64,000 bases of DNA. It comes from Octopus sinensis. Its lineage: Eukaryota. How positions within the stretch are numbered: position 1 is the first letter of the stretch; the number at the start of each line of letters is the position of its first letter. Location of the stretch: the NCBI RefSeq assembly GCF_006345805.1, contig NC_043000.1, forward strand, positions 52,142,001 through 52,206,000. Direction: 5' to 3'. Positions 27,916 through 41,071 of the stretch are shown one piece after another. The notes below the pieces were generated by a model, which saw nothing but the letters and a program-made list of their open reading frames with translations, made no database searches and was not told the origin of the DNA. The translations under genes and the position numbers were made by a program.

Positions 27916-28190
27916 ATGTGTGTTTATATATATATATATATATATATGTTCATACGCAAACGCACACACACACATATATATATTGCTTTCAAAATCATGA
28001 AACAAGGCATGCATATAATACGAGATATACATTACGTACATGCATATATATAATATATATATATATATAAACACATCCATATATGTATATGTATGTATGT
28101 ATACATGCATGCATTATTTATGTATGCGTATTTGTATGTATCTATTTATCTATCTATCTATCTATTTTTCTAAATATATATATATATATA

Positions 28191-29190
28191 GGCGCATTAA
28201 ATTCTTCAAAGACAACAACATGTTCAAAAATAATCCCCAAACGTTTTACAGGAAGATAGGGCAAATACCAGTTACAGTAATGTCTGTCCCCTCAAAAGAA
28301 GTAAAGGAATTTTGGTAAAAAAATGTAGGCAGAAGAAAAAAAACAAGCAATAAAAAGGCCCATTGGATTGATAGAATCTCTACTTAGACTCTTTACAAGA
28401 GGAGAAGTTGGAGGGTATCAAGGTAGAGGATGTAAGATCTGCTCTCAGAAAGTCAAGAAAATGGAAGTCTCCAGGAAAGGATAACATTCTTAACTTCTGA
28501 TTGCATGCCTTCCCAGAGAGTCATGAACTGCTAACAAAACTTTTCAACATTGTTTTGCAACAACCAATTACGATTCCCACTTGGTTAGTTAACGGCTACA
28601 TTTTTACTTCCAAAAATGGAGAAACAAATGAACCAAAAATTATAGACCCATAACCTGCTTAACAACAATGTATAAAATACTAATATCTGTCTTGACTGAA
28701 AATCCCTATAGTTTTTTAAATAGAAAGTGGCATATTTCCTAATGAGCAAAAAGGATGTAAACGTGGGTCCTATATTTGTAAAGATCAGCTACTCATCAAT
28801 AAAATGATCTTGGAAGATAGTCACGAACTTGCCGATAGCCTGGATAGACTATAAAATAGCTTTCGATAGTCTATCGCATAGCTGGATTAAGAAATGTCAG
28901 GAAATTTATAAAATAGCACCTACTTTGCGAAACTTCCTCTCAGTAACAATGAATCTCACAATGCGAGAGATATAAGAATTTCATGTGGCATATTTTTCAG
29001 GATGATTCTCCACCACCACTTCTCTTTTTTCTAGCCTTAATGCCTCTCACGAAATTGCTCGATGATGTACAATATGGCTATAAACTGTTTTATAAAAATA
29101 TAAATCATCTCTTTTATATGGATGATTCAAAGCACTTTGCAAAAATGACCAACCACTACAAGGCTTACTAGCAATTGTGAAACAATTCAG
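28191..29190 (+). mobile_element. R4-clade LINE reverse transcriptase pseudogene fragment
   Basis: WKSPGKD, NYRPITCLTTMYK, EQKGCKRGS, WIDYKIAFDSLSHSW, GIFQDDS and NHLFYMDD (YMDD at 29115-29126), with many stops and frameshifts. Confidence 0.9.
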
Positions 29191-30599
29191 CATTCTAAAA
29201 CCAAACTTATTAAAGGACCTCTTCAGCTGTTTCTGCTACTTGACCAGACCAAATTTTCATGTGCTATTTATTTTGATATAAATCACAGTATCGTACACAC
29301 ATGGTTTTGATGCATGTGCCTGGTGTACCCTTATAACACAGCTAATCATGATGAATATATTGAGGTTTGCGTATTTGTATCCCAGTATTACTTTGATGGC
29401 ATAAATTGCCTTCTCACTAAATAATAATAATAAATAGGTCTTGGGTGTTGTACATTAAAGGCGCGAGTAATGAATTATCTAAGAACTTATGTAAAATTTG
29501 GAATAAGGAAAAGTTGCTCAGGTGCTGTCATCTCGTCTTTCAGTAGTGGTAATTGATATGGTTAAATTGTTAAATGTAATATAGATCTATGTAAAGATAA
29601 TGGAAGCTTTATAGCGTTTTAAAATATATTTTCTTAGAATGCAAAATTATTCTCCGAGTGCTTATTCAGAAATTTATGTGTCAGTAATTATAATCATTTT
29701 ATGAAATATTATGACAGAATTATGATGTCCCACATATGCAATGTCAATAACATGATCATGCTTATTCTGAATGCATTCAAGAATATAAGAACGTCGATGG
29801 AATCTAAGTTTAAATGGTTTGCGCGTTAGATCTATGCCTAGAATTTCATTAGAATTGATATTAGATTTAAGAATTACATGTTTATTGAAATTCGTGAGAC
29901 AATTATTTGTAATAGTACAATAATTGGATCCACATTGTTTCTTTTTGTTTGTTTGCTTGTTTGTTTGTTTGTTTCTTTTTTCTTCCTTCCTTTCTTTCTT
30001 TCTTTCTTTCTTTCTTTCAATTCTTTGCTGGCTACTTCACGTAGCCGATTGAAGGAAGGAAGAATCGATCCAGTACCTGACTCTTGCTGTATTTATCGGC
30101 CTTCGAAAATTTAAAGGCAAAACCAACCGCGGTGGATTTGAACTCAGAGCATAGAGAAACCCTATAAAATTGACTGTAAACATGTTATAAAGTTGGTTAA
30201 AACAAATGATTGAGTTAGAACAATTCATTTTATACATGGATTACATACTACTTATTTAAAATAATGTTTGACGAAATTACATTTCGATGTTTCAAGAGAT
30301 AATTTCTCATTTGTTTACATGAGAGTAAATATCTTTATAAAACACAGTGATTAAGAACATACTAGTAAATAACTATATAGGAAAAGGCAGTAAAATACTG
30401 AAGTCGATTTAATCATTCTAGTTCCTAATTGCTACGTATTTTCTGCCCAGTGGGATTTGCATTTGCAATGGAAAGAGGCGTAACTACCAAGATTTTGTTA
30501 AACGTTCTATCTATTCCATTATTTGTACGTCATAATTCTTTGTAATATAAACACAAAGTTAGAAATTCTGGACTGGTGGATGGGTACGTTAATAAATCA

Positions 30600-30920
30600 A
30601 ATCAGTTCCTGTGTTTGAACGTTACTTTATTTTGTCGACCCAGAGAGATAAAAGGTTGAGTCGACGACAGTGATACTTGAACTCGAAACTTAAATCGTCG
30701 GAGAAAGCGTTCTAACGATTCAGCCAGTGCATGACCCTTATGCGTTACAATCATATCTACTATAGGCACAAAAGTTGAAAGTCTGGTGGAGATGGGATTA
30801 CATCTACCCCGAAAGGATAAAAGACAAAACCGACCTCGGCGGGATTTGAGCTCAGAAGATAAAGACAGACGAAATGCCACTAAGCATTTTGTCCAGCAAG
30901 CTAACAGTTCTGCCAGCTAT
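30600..30920 (-). mobile_element. Two adjacent degenerate SINE family A copies
   Basis: gtcgacccagagagataaaagg... and ccccgaaaggataaaagacaaaaccgacctcggcgggatttgagctcag...gctaacagttctgccagct. Confidence 0.7.
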
Positions 30921-32689
30921 TTGATAATACGAAAAGCTAATAATGATAATAATAATAATAAAATAACAATGGTAGATCAATAGAATCGTGGAATAAGACA
31001 TACGAAGAATACATCTGAAACATTTCGTTCTCATCTGTATCCACTGTATTGTAGCAAAGTTTGTTATAAATTTCGTTCCGATGTCATCTATTGATCAGTT
31101 TTCAATTTTAGAATCAGCGTCAATCCAAAGAGCTAAGCATAGTAACAAAACTTACTGAATTCTTTCACCTAAATCGTAAGACTATTTTCATTTAATACAA
31201 TTGCAAGTTATAGTTCTGCTCGTCTGTAAATACCTGGAACTGGATCTACTTCTAGAATTCTTTTAAGATGGAACGCCATTCATAAATTTGTATACTCCGT
31301 GCAAACTATTTAACAATGTCTGGTAGAACTAAGAAGCTTATTAACTCGTATTGTTCAGCTGAATACTGCTATGTTTATTTCTGATGGGAATCTTCTGTAT
31401 ACGAAAAGTGAAAATGGGCCTCGAGTTTAAGATGACGTGTTATGAAAAAAATGTTGGAGATACATTTCTGAAGGTTTGTGTACTATATTATTTCAGAACT
31501 CAAAATCAAATACATAATTTCCTTTCTAGAAGAAACGAAGTCATGAATCAATTTCTAAACTAGTGCAAAGGTTGACCCAGAACAAACCCCTTGTTACAAC
31601 ATAGTAAGCACCAAACATTTCCCTCTGAGGGTGATATCGACCTTTTTTTCATGTAGTGTAGCGACTATGATGTAGTATTAGAAGAGTTTTCAGGAAGTAC
31701 ATTGAAGTAAAAGTAAAGACGCAGCTCGTTTGATTTCCTAAATCTATAATATCGTTTGTATAACTCTTATACACAGAACTCATACTATTCGTAAAGACGA
31801 AGCTGTTTTCGTATGACGGGCACAACAGCTATTAGCATATGCACTTTCAAATCTGCTTGAACGTAATAAGCATTAGTATGCGCGTTACCGTTTTGAATGT
31901 TGCATACGGCGATTTAGAAACCGATAACATATTGGAAAGTATTGAAGTATAACATGAAAAAAATGTTTTAGATACAATAACAATCAATAAATTCTTGGGA
32001 AAACTCCTTTAAGGTGGGAGATTTATGGAATTTTCAGTTAGGTAGGGGAACTGGAAAACGAAAAAAAAAAGAAGAAAATGTTAAAAAAAAATGTTAGCTA
32101 ACGGAAAAAGACATCTGCGTCTCTGTATGCTATTATTGTACAGTCTTATCTGCCTATATTTTGCCTGACGTAAAGCGAGGTGATTCAAATGAGGTATTTA
32201 AACGGAAAGACACTGAATAAAATGGAAAATTAGCGGTTATAACGATAAAAGATGGTGGTGGCGGCCGTTTTAAATTTACATGATATTTGTGGCGGATATT
32301 GTTTGTTGCTGGTTTTATTGTAGGCGGCAATGATAGTTATCTATACTAAGGTACATGGGTTAAATCAGAAGTTGATTTTTAATACTACACTTTACAAAAA
32401 TAAATTGCTTGCCATCGGCTTCTTACATCTTACAAAGACCACAGCCACTTCGTTTATTAACTTATATCCTACATATATCGTTACTCCTACAACAAATTAT
32501 TAGATTTCTCAGTGAGTAAAGATGTATATATATATATATATATCGCTGCTATAGTGATACTAAACTGTCGTACGTCCAAATTTAGCCAAGTGCGTTTTTT
32601 TCAATATTTACCTTTGTTTGCAATAGCCGGTTTTTTGGGTCAAACTATCGTATCTCCAGCTGCTTCAGATGCCACGATATCAAAAGTTG

Positions 32690-33496
32690 GTTTTGCTATA
32701 GAATGGTGAGACGTTTTACATTTTCTGAGCATGCGCAAAATTTGTGCAATGTTTGTTCACAGGGTGCCAGTAAAGAAAAGAAGGAAAATGCGTTGATGAT
32801 AACAGGTAGATATTTACACTCCTTAGCTCCAATTCTAGATTCCTTGAGTCTCTGCTGACCTGTGACAAATGCTGGATCTTGTGATTCAAAGACCAAGAGA
32901 CAGTGCCTAAAAGAAGCATCTTGGCTCCCCAGACCCAAGAAAGCCAGACAAAGCAAGTTCACGTGGAAGCTCATGATCGTTCCCTTTTTCGACAACAAGC
33001 GCATCATCTACATCCATTGTGTTCCATCTGGTCAGACCGTCAACGAAAAGTAAGTACTTTCTGGAGGTACTGAGAGAATCCAGGAAGCGATTTCGTCGCA
33101 AAGTGTCAGACCATTTCCACTCGAGTCGATAACACTTGCATAAGGACAATGCACCATTTCACAATTAATTACTGATAACCTACTACTTGACATGGGTATC
33201 AGAACTGTTCCACACACTCAATATAATCCAGACCTTGCCCCCTGTAACCTATAGATTTTTTCCGAACTGAAAAACAGCCACAGGGGCAGCTATTTTCAAG
33301 ACATTAAGATGAAGAAGGATGTGAAAAGTGTTCTGGATTCCGTGCCTTTGGGGTCCTTCACGGAGCAGGTAGAGCGCTACGAAAAGTGGATTGCAGTAAG
33401 CGGATCACACTCTGAAGAATATTAGAATTTTGTACGGCTTTGAAATTAATAAATGTCCTCTGAAAAAACCTCAAAACCTCTGGAATACACTTCGTA
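32690..33496 (+). mobile_element. Mariner transposase pseudogene with 3' TIR (5' end lost)
   Basis: MRKICA, LTCDKCWI (cf. TGDETW), PRPKKARQSK, LHKDNAP and YNPDLAPCN. Ends ctcaaaacctctggaatacacttcgTA. Confidence 0.85.
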
Positions 33497-34489
33497 CCTT
33501 ATCCATCGAGTATTTTGTAAAGACAGTGCGTCTAATTCGAAGCTGGATTTTATTATCTTTTGTAGCCGTTCAAGCGATCGCATTGAATTTCGATTTTTGG
33601 TTGTTGGTAATTTAAAATTGGGCGTTGATTAGTATGTTGGTCGCTACTCTTGAAGTGGATTTTTCTGTTATATAATATTTTTTTCTTTAATGTTATATAG
33701 TAATACAAGCATAGACGTGTCGTCAAACGTGCCGACAATTTTATTAATGATAGAATATTTCATTAGAAAAATGAGAGAAATCATGCACGGCATTTGAACT
33801 ATCATATTTGGTTGCAACATCTTTATTGAAAATATTAGCCACCACTTAACCTAGCTACCGACCTACATACATTCATACATATATTTCTTATATTAAATTA
33901 AATATAAAAATTAAATATGAAACTATTTTCTGACGTCCATTCGAAACTAATTTTTTTCTAAAACGACCTTAACGAGTTTTGATATTGCATTGGATGTCGT
34001 CAGCTCGATTCATTTAATAAAGTGATAGCTCTTATAGTGTTCTATTTTACCTTGTAATTTTTTTACAAAACAATTTTCAAGTTTAGTGAAATAAATAAAT
34101 GAATTCGGCAAAAAGCAGCAGAAAATAAGAGAAAAAAATTACTATCAGCTATTATAATAATTTCATTTTGTCGCTGTCACATTGTTATTTGACATTAGCG
34201 CATATTATATAGCCTACCTGTCTGTGAATGTGCAAGTGTGTGTGTGTGCGTGTGTGTGCTCGCGAAAATTTACGTTGCCATTTTGTTTCAATTCTCACTT
34301 TCTGTTTTCTTTTTAGGAAATATATATATCTCACAAAGTTAACGTCAAAAAATTTGTAGGTTTATCTTTTATCAAAATACATGCTACATTAGCCATTCAG
34401 AAACCTTTCTCTTGCAATGATGCACTTTAGTTTTTATACTTCGTCTTTTACTCACGCCCACTCCATTTATCGTTTCACACACACGCTCA

Positions 34490-34536
<47 letters not shown>

Positions 34537-34553
34537 TTTATTTAAAAGCAGCA

Positions 34554-34674
34554 GAAATTTAACAAAAGCTGTTACTCGGAGTTTCACGTTCCCGTTCGTC
34601 GGACAGGTTTGTTAAACAACACTGTCCGACGAACGGGAACGTGAAACTCCGAGTAACACCTTTTGTTAAATTTC
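34554..34674. ncRNA. 53-bp-arm foldback carrying two divergent minimal type-I hammerhead-like motifs
   Basis: Arms 34554-34606 and 34622-34674 pair 52/53. Each reads ctgt-CCGACGA-acg ggaa cgt-GAAA-ctc c gag-TA-aca(g/c). Confidence 0.75.
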
Positions 34675-34675
34675 C

Positions 34676-35300
34676 GTGGGGTAAAGAATGAACAGTGTGC
34701 TTCCGTGGAATTCTGTTTTCTGTTGGGGAAAATGGTGGACGAAACATAAGAGGACGCTGCCATGAGCAAAACACAAATTTACGAGTGTTTTACACGCTTT
34801 AGTAATGGTCACTTGTCGCTTGAAGACCAATTTCTTTCAAGGCGACAACTTGAAAATTCCTGAACTGATCTTGGAGGACCACACTGAACAATTGACGAAA
34901 TTGTTGATATGATTGGTGTGTTCTGGATCTTCAGCCAACGCATTTTGAGAGAAGAATTGCGAATGAAAAGAGTTGCTGCAAAATTTGTTCCTCGCTTGCT
35001 CACGGAAGATCAAAAGCAGTCACGACTGAATGCGTGTCTTGAACTGAAAGAACAGCTAAAAGGTCATCACTGGTGATGAAAGCTGGGCTACCGAATCTGC
35101 AGATGCGGAAGAGGTGAAGAATAAAAAGGCCGGAGTCGTTAAAAGGCATCACTTGGTAAGAGTTCCAGCAGTGCTTCGAACAGTACCAAACGTTGCTTCA
35201 AATGGAGAATACTTTGAAGGCGATAGAAATGTAAATATGTAAAACTAAGTGAATAGAATAACGTTGCAAAATTCCGGTTTTTTTGGGGTACCCCCGCATA
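34676..35300 (+). mobile_element. Internally deleted mariner remnant with 3' TIR
   Basis: EQCASVEFCFLLGK, MKRVAAKFVPRLLTEDQK and VITGDESW, then a jump to FQQCFEQ...NGEYFEGD*. 3' end aaattccggttttttggggtacccccg. Confidence 0.85.
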
Positions 35301-35344
35301 TATATACATGCGTGTAGGCATATGTATCGTCTAAACATGTTATA

Positions 35345-35572
35345 TTCTCTTATCCTTTTACTTGTTTCATTCATTTGACAGGGGCCATGCTGGAATATTG
35401 CCTTATAGAGTTTTAGTCGAAGAAATTGACCTCAGGATTTATTCTTTGTAAGACTAATACTTATTCAATAGGTCACTTTACCGGTCCACTTAGTTACGGG
35501 GACCTAAGCACAACAATATCAGTTGTCAAGCGATGGTGGCGGGGACAAACACAGGTACTAACACACACACAC

Positions 35573-35626
<54 letters not shown>

Positions 35627-35705
35627 ATATACATATACGACCGGCTTCTTTCAGTTTCTGTCTACCAAATCCACTCACAAGGCTTTAGTCAGCTCGAGGC
35701 TATAT
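35345..35705 (-). mobile_element. SINE family B, 5'-truncated
   Basis: tcttttacttgtttcattcatttgac...ttctttcagtttctgtctaccaaatccactcacaaggcttt. Confidence 0.85.
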
Positions 35706-35753
35706 GAAAAAACAGTAGCCGTGGGACCCCTTTCATCGAAAACCGATGATTGT

Positions 35754-35798
35754 CGTACGCTGATGAAAGGTCAATACCTAGAAACTGCAGTCCGTGCG
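35754..35798 (+). ncRNA. Minimal type-I hammerhead ribozyme motif (palindromic stem III, GUC site)
   Basis: cgtacg-CTGATGA-a aggt caat acct a-GAAA-CTGCAG-TC-cgtgcg: 6-bp stem I (one G.U) and 4-bp stem II. Confidence 0.8.
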
Positions 35799-37755
35799 TA
35801 TCACTTAGGTTGACGAGGGAAGGGTGACCTCCCTTTGCAAATACCTTAGGGCACAGAAAGTGTGCCTAAAGCCAACTGGAGGAGATGTTCTCCTGGGGCT
35901 ACAAGCTACAGTAGCACCCACCCTTCAGTAGTTAGCCATATTGAGATGGCAAATATACCTCACAAATTAAACGTAATTTACGATGATAATTTACAGTCTC
36001 ATTTTGATTGAAAAAGCAGCTACTACAGGCAAAGACTTAGTGCAGTTCACCTGTATTTAACTTCTCTGACTGCCACTCACTCTCATATTGTTCGTCGTTT
36101 CTGTTTTCTTCAACCAGCGCGACCATGTTGTTAAAAAAATCATTGCGTTTTATTACGTGAGAAAATTTAATGGCACAATAAGTACACACTACTCTCATAC
36201 ATTTTGTATCACTCATTGCAATTCACTCATTCAGTTCTTCCCACCTTCCTCTGTTGACTTTATTGATATTCTTAATGATATTCGAGGCATAAGAAGAAAA
36301 ACGACTGTGAAAAAATCTAAAAAGCAATGTTTTAGATATAAACCTGCTCTGTGATCATGATTACACATTTATGGTGTAACTGTGTGTGCTTATTTTACGT
36401 TTCGTAAATTACATAATCAAATTTAAAAAAAAAATACGCTTTGATTTTTATATTTTCTTTAAATAATTGATTTCAAATCTAATTAAATAGTACTGAAATT
36501 TCGAGCAAACAATTATATCTATTAAGATGAAATATCAAAATCGGAAGCGGGTCAGTCAAAGAATCTTGCGGAATTTTGCTGCGTCACTTCTCGTTTCCGA
36601 GGTCGATCATAAATTCTGAGCTATATTTAATCGACTATACAATTATCTAAAATTATGTAGTCTTGCACTGAAGTTAGGAATGTCTATTTATTAGAACCCG
36701 CTCCAATAAACCAAAAATTAAATATTCTTCTTTCTGGTTCTTCAGTCAAACATTAGCTCTCTAAGTGCTCGAATACTCTCTTATGATTACTTGTATAAGA
36801 GTTTTATAAACTCAGCAATAGATTATTGGTATGTGCTTCGTATTTTCTCCTTATTCTGTTGGTTTCTATGCAGCAAGTTGTCTATATTTTCTATTATCCA
36901 CTTATGTGTTTCTGCGGAAATGTTCATACGATAGAAATCCCCAGATGATGTAGCATGTTAATCGAAAACATTTTTATAATACCTTCCCACCGGAATTATC
37001 CATTTTTTTATGATTCACACATTAGCTAACCTAACACATAATGATTATATTTTCTAGAACCGATCGTTGTTTTTCTTTTAAATAACCATTTCAAAGTCAA
37101 TATATTTTTCCTGTCTGATCTGAAGACTATTTCTAAATACCTTTTATATGCGGTATTGATTTCGACGTATATAGTATTGATTCATCTCTCTGTAATAAAT
37201 ATCGTCCTAGAGTTTTAATGGTTTTTTTTTCGGAAATTTGACTCCTAAGAATTCTGTTTAATTTCATACACTTAATGTTACCAATTAATCGTTTTGGCAC
37301 TTAATGTAAGTACACAGTATAGAGTATTACCGATCGCAACTGAACTGGATATAATTGCATTTATTACTGATATGATATTTTTGTTTTAATTGCTTTGTGA
37401 GAGAGAGAAGGGCGATGCTCTTTACGTCTGAGTTGTCTGAAACACTATTGAAGTCGATGCAAATGATGTACATCTTGTGACTGTAGGAAGAGACGTGTAC
37501 ATCGAGAATTATAGAAGAATAAAATCCCAGGAATTGAGGATTGAACAAAGTGTTTTATGCAGAGATTGTAGATTGAGACGCATTAGTGATATTGGTAGAA
37601 TAGGAGAATGTTAGCACTGAATATATCGTTTGGAAGTAGTATGTAGATCACTAGTTTCGAAAAGGTGTTTTAGTAACTATACCAAGCGAAAGCTGGAGAT
37701 TCAATATGCCCCAATTATATGAGCAGAAATAATATTTTAATTTTATTCTTCTTTG

Positions 37756-37945
37756 TAAGGCGGCGAACTGGCATATTCATCAGCATGACGGACATAATGC
37801 TTAACGGCATTTGGTCCTTCTTACCGTTCTGAGTTCAAATTACGCCGAGGTCGACTTTACTTTTCATACTTTCGGGGTCAATAAAAGAAGGACCGGTTAA
37901 ACACTGGGGTCGATGTTTGCTGACCTTGTGCCTAATTTGAAACCA
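37756..37945 (+). mobile_element. SINE family A copy
   Basis: aaggcggcgaactggca...ttctgagttcaaattacgccgaggtcgacttt...cactggggtcgat. Confidence 0.85.
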
Positions 37946-38580
37946 ATTACACTCCCCTTTGTAAACGGTTATCATGTAATGAAGCTGAAATATATTTCTA
38001 TCTGAAAGTATTTCTGTGTTGTGTTTGTTCGTTGAAGAATTACTAGTCTGGCGTGGTAAATGTAAATTCAAATATAAATATGAATTCAAAAGAGACTGAT
38101 GTGGCTTGATTCGGAGGTTGAAACGAGACAAAAAATTTAACATAATCAACAGATTTTAGTAAGTTGGGAAAAGAAAACAAGAAGGGCTTCTTTGATCGTG
38201 TAAAGCAATACTTATACGTGAAATATACAGAGGACTGTTACAAAGAATTTACTTTTATAATTAGATAACTAAACTACTACTACTACTATTACTACTACTA
38301 CTACTACTACTACTACTAATGCTGCTGCTGTTGCTGCTGATTCTGCTGCTGCTGCTGCAGTTAATGCTGCTACCTGTATGAATAATGATAATAGAATATA
38401 AAAACTTGATACCAATTCAAATCTGCTTGAGGCATACTCGAACCCGTAAGAAAGCCATTCATTGTATATTGTTATGAAGAGGATTTCGCACTGTAGATAA
38501 ATAAGTGTAAATACGCCGCATCAGATCACAGCCTCACCTAACCAGGCTGCAGGATGCATTCATTCCGGAGTTGCAGAAAT

Positions 38581-39030
38581 AATCCTTTCTACTATAGGCA
38601 CAAGGCCTGAAATTTTCATGCTAGGGGTCTAGTCGATTACTTCGTACCTAGAGTTCAACGGTTACTTATTTTTCGACCTCGAAACGCTAAAAAGTAAAGT
38701 CGACGTCGGTAGAATTTGAACTCCGAGCATATAGACAGACGAAATGCCTGTAAGCATTTTGTTCGCTATGCGAACCATTCTGCGCGCTGACCTAGCGATA
38801 ATAATTATTCAAGTGATAATAATTATTCAAGTCCATCAATTTTGAGTGAACGGGATGGTCGATTACCACGATTCCAGCGCTCAACTTGTATTTATTTTAT
38901 CGACTCCGAGAGAATGAAAGGCAAAGTCTACCTCGGTAGGATTTGGACACAGAACATAAAAACGGACGAAATACTGCAAAGAATTTTGCCCGGCACGGTA
39001 ACGATTCTGCCAGCTCACTGCTTTAGAGTC
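38581..39030 (-). mobile_element. Two tandem SINE family A copies separated by a perfect 18-bp tandem duplication (38797-38832)
   Basis: Two reverse-complement bodies; gataataattattcaagt occurs twice between them. Confidence 0.8.
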
Positions 39031-39031
39031 T

Positions 39032-39355
39032 GACACTCCCTTCGGTCACGTCACTGACCAAAGGATTGCACCTAGAAAGTTACCCTCCCAGGCACAAGTC
39101 TGGCCAAGGTTGTTTATGGAAGACCAGTTGTCGCCCATGCATACCGGCCTCCCCTCTCCCAGTGTTATCCAAGGGAAAGGCCGATACAGCTTGGCACAAG
39201 TGATGTCGCAAATCATTTCTACAGCTGAGTGAACTGGAGCAACGTGAAATAATGTGTCTTGCTCAAGAACACAACACGCAACCCAGTCTGGGATTTGAGC
39301 TCACAACCTCACGATTGCAAGCTCGATGCTCTAACCACTGAGTCATGCGCCTTCA
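39032..39355 (-). mobile_element. SINE family C, full length
   Basis: Homologous to 22600-22906 along its length. Confidence 0.9.
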
Positions 39356-39439
39356 CTGCGTTAGAGTAATATTGATAATAATATGTAGACGAAGAAGAAA
39401 AGGAAGAACAATGACAACCAAAATACTAACCGTAACATT

Positions 39440-39640
39440 AAACTCTTTCTGCTATAGACAGAAAGCGGAAAGTTTTGTGTGTATGTGTGGGGGCGACATC
39501 TATTAGATTACATCGAGCTCAATACTTGACTGGTACTTATTTTATCGACTTTGAAAAGATGAGAAGCAACGTTAATCTTGGCGGCATTTGAACTCCGTGT
39601 ATGAAGCGAGAATGATAACTATTCTCCAGCTCACTGCGTA
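39440..39640 (-). mobile_element. Degenerate SINE family A copy
   Basis: gattacatcgagctcaatacttgactggtacttattttatcgac...ggcggcatttgaactc. Confidence 0.7.
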
Positions 39641-39761
39641 GTATTAATAAGAAAAGGAAGAGAAGGAAAGAGAACAATTACAGCAAAAATACTGACAATA
39701 ATAATTATGTATCAAATATTAGAAAGTTGAATAAAAGCGAGCGATGTATTATATCAGCCTC

Positions 39762-39953
39762 TAAGGCGGCGAGCTGGCAGAAACGTTAGCACGCCGGGCG
39801 AAATGCGTAGCTGTATTTCGTCTGACGTTACGTTCTAAGTTCAAATTCCGACGAGGTCGACTTTGCCTTTCATCCTTTCGGGGTCGATAAATCAAGTACC
39901 AGTTACGCACTGGGGTCGATGTAATCGACTTAATCCGTTTTAATAAAGAATCA
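39762..39953 (+). mobile_element. Young SINE family A copy with perfect 16-bp TSD
   Basis: gtattatatcagcctc at 39746-39761 and 39954-39969. Confidence 0.92.
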
Positions 39954-40199
39954 GTATTATATCAGCCTCAGTATTTGACTAGCAATTTATTTTGACGACC
40001 CAGGAAGGTCCAAAGACAATGCTCTCAGCGGCATTTGAACTCACAACAACATGTTTAAATAAAAAATAATGATAATTTGACTATTTCGCTTTACGCACTT
40101 ATTTCAGATTCCATTAGGTAGAGATTTTGACTGTATTCTTTAAGTTCAACAGGTGTTATTATTTGATGCTCAACGGGCTTTATTATTTGAGCTATGTAA

Positions 40200-40400
40200 A
40201 GCGGGGAGCCGGAAGAATCGTTACCACGTCGGGAAAAATGCTTAGAGGTATTTCGCCCATCTTTAGGTACTAAGTTCAAATTTTTCCGAGGTCTACTTTA
40301 CCTTTCACCCGTTCGGGGCCAGTCGAATACTATGGTTGATGTAATCAACTTATTCTCTCCCGTAAAATTGCTGGCCTTTTGTCAGAATTTGAAACCAATA
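40200..40400 (+). mobile_element. Degenerate SINE family A copy
   Basis: gcggggagccggaagaatcgttaccacgtcggg...aagttcaaatttttccgaggtctactttacctttcacc. Confidence 0.75.
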
Positions 40401-40815
40401 TTTGGGCTATGTATACCTTGCAAGTACATTGATGTGATTATTACTGAAATGCTGTAATCATCTGAGTTAGCTACATCAACTTCCCAAGAAAAGTATTTGT
40501 GAATAAATCATGCGATTTACGTTTGCGATAACTTCAGATGTATCAGGTCTTGCTAAATACCTTGTAAGTCTGAATCAAACATGTTAATCTGTGATTTATA
40601 CAAAATGTGCATGATCAATATCAGTTATCATAGAGTTTTAGAAATTCTGCTAGGTTCATTTGTTTAACATATACATAAATATATGTACACAGACATATAT
40701 CTCTCTCTTCTTCTCTCTCTCCCTCTCTCTCCCCTCTCTCTCTCTTTCTCTATGATACACATACATATATATGTTTATGTATGTATGTTTACATATACTT
40801 ATATATATGTTTATG

Positions 40816-40858
<43 letters not shown>

Positions 40859-41036
40859 GTATGGCTATATATATATATATATGTGTGTGTATATATATAT
40901 ATACGTATGTATATATATATATATGTATATATATATACGTATATGTATAGCTATGCAATTATATGTGCGTATGTATTGAATGTATATATATATATGTTAT
41001 ATATGTAGTGTGTGTGCGTGTGTTTATATATATATA

Positions 41037-41071
<35 letters not shown>

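Noticed and set aside
36088-36354. ORF containing KFNGTIS, vaguely like the next M1-peptidase segment
   Set aside because: The acceptor phase (0) is incompatible with the phase-1 donor at 7588, and the similarity is too weak.
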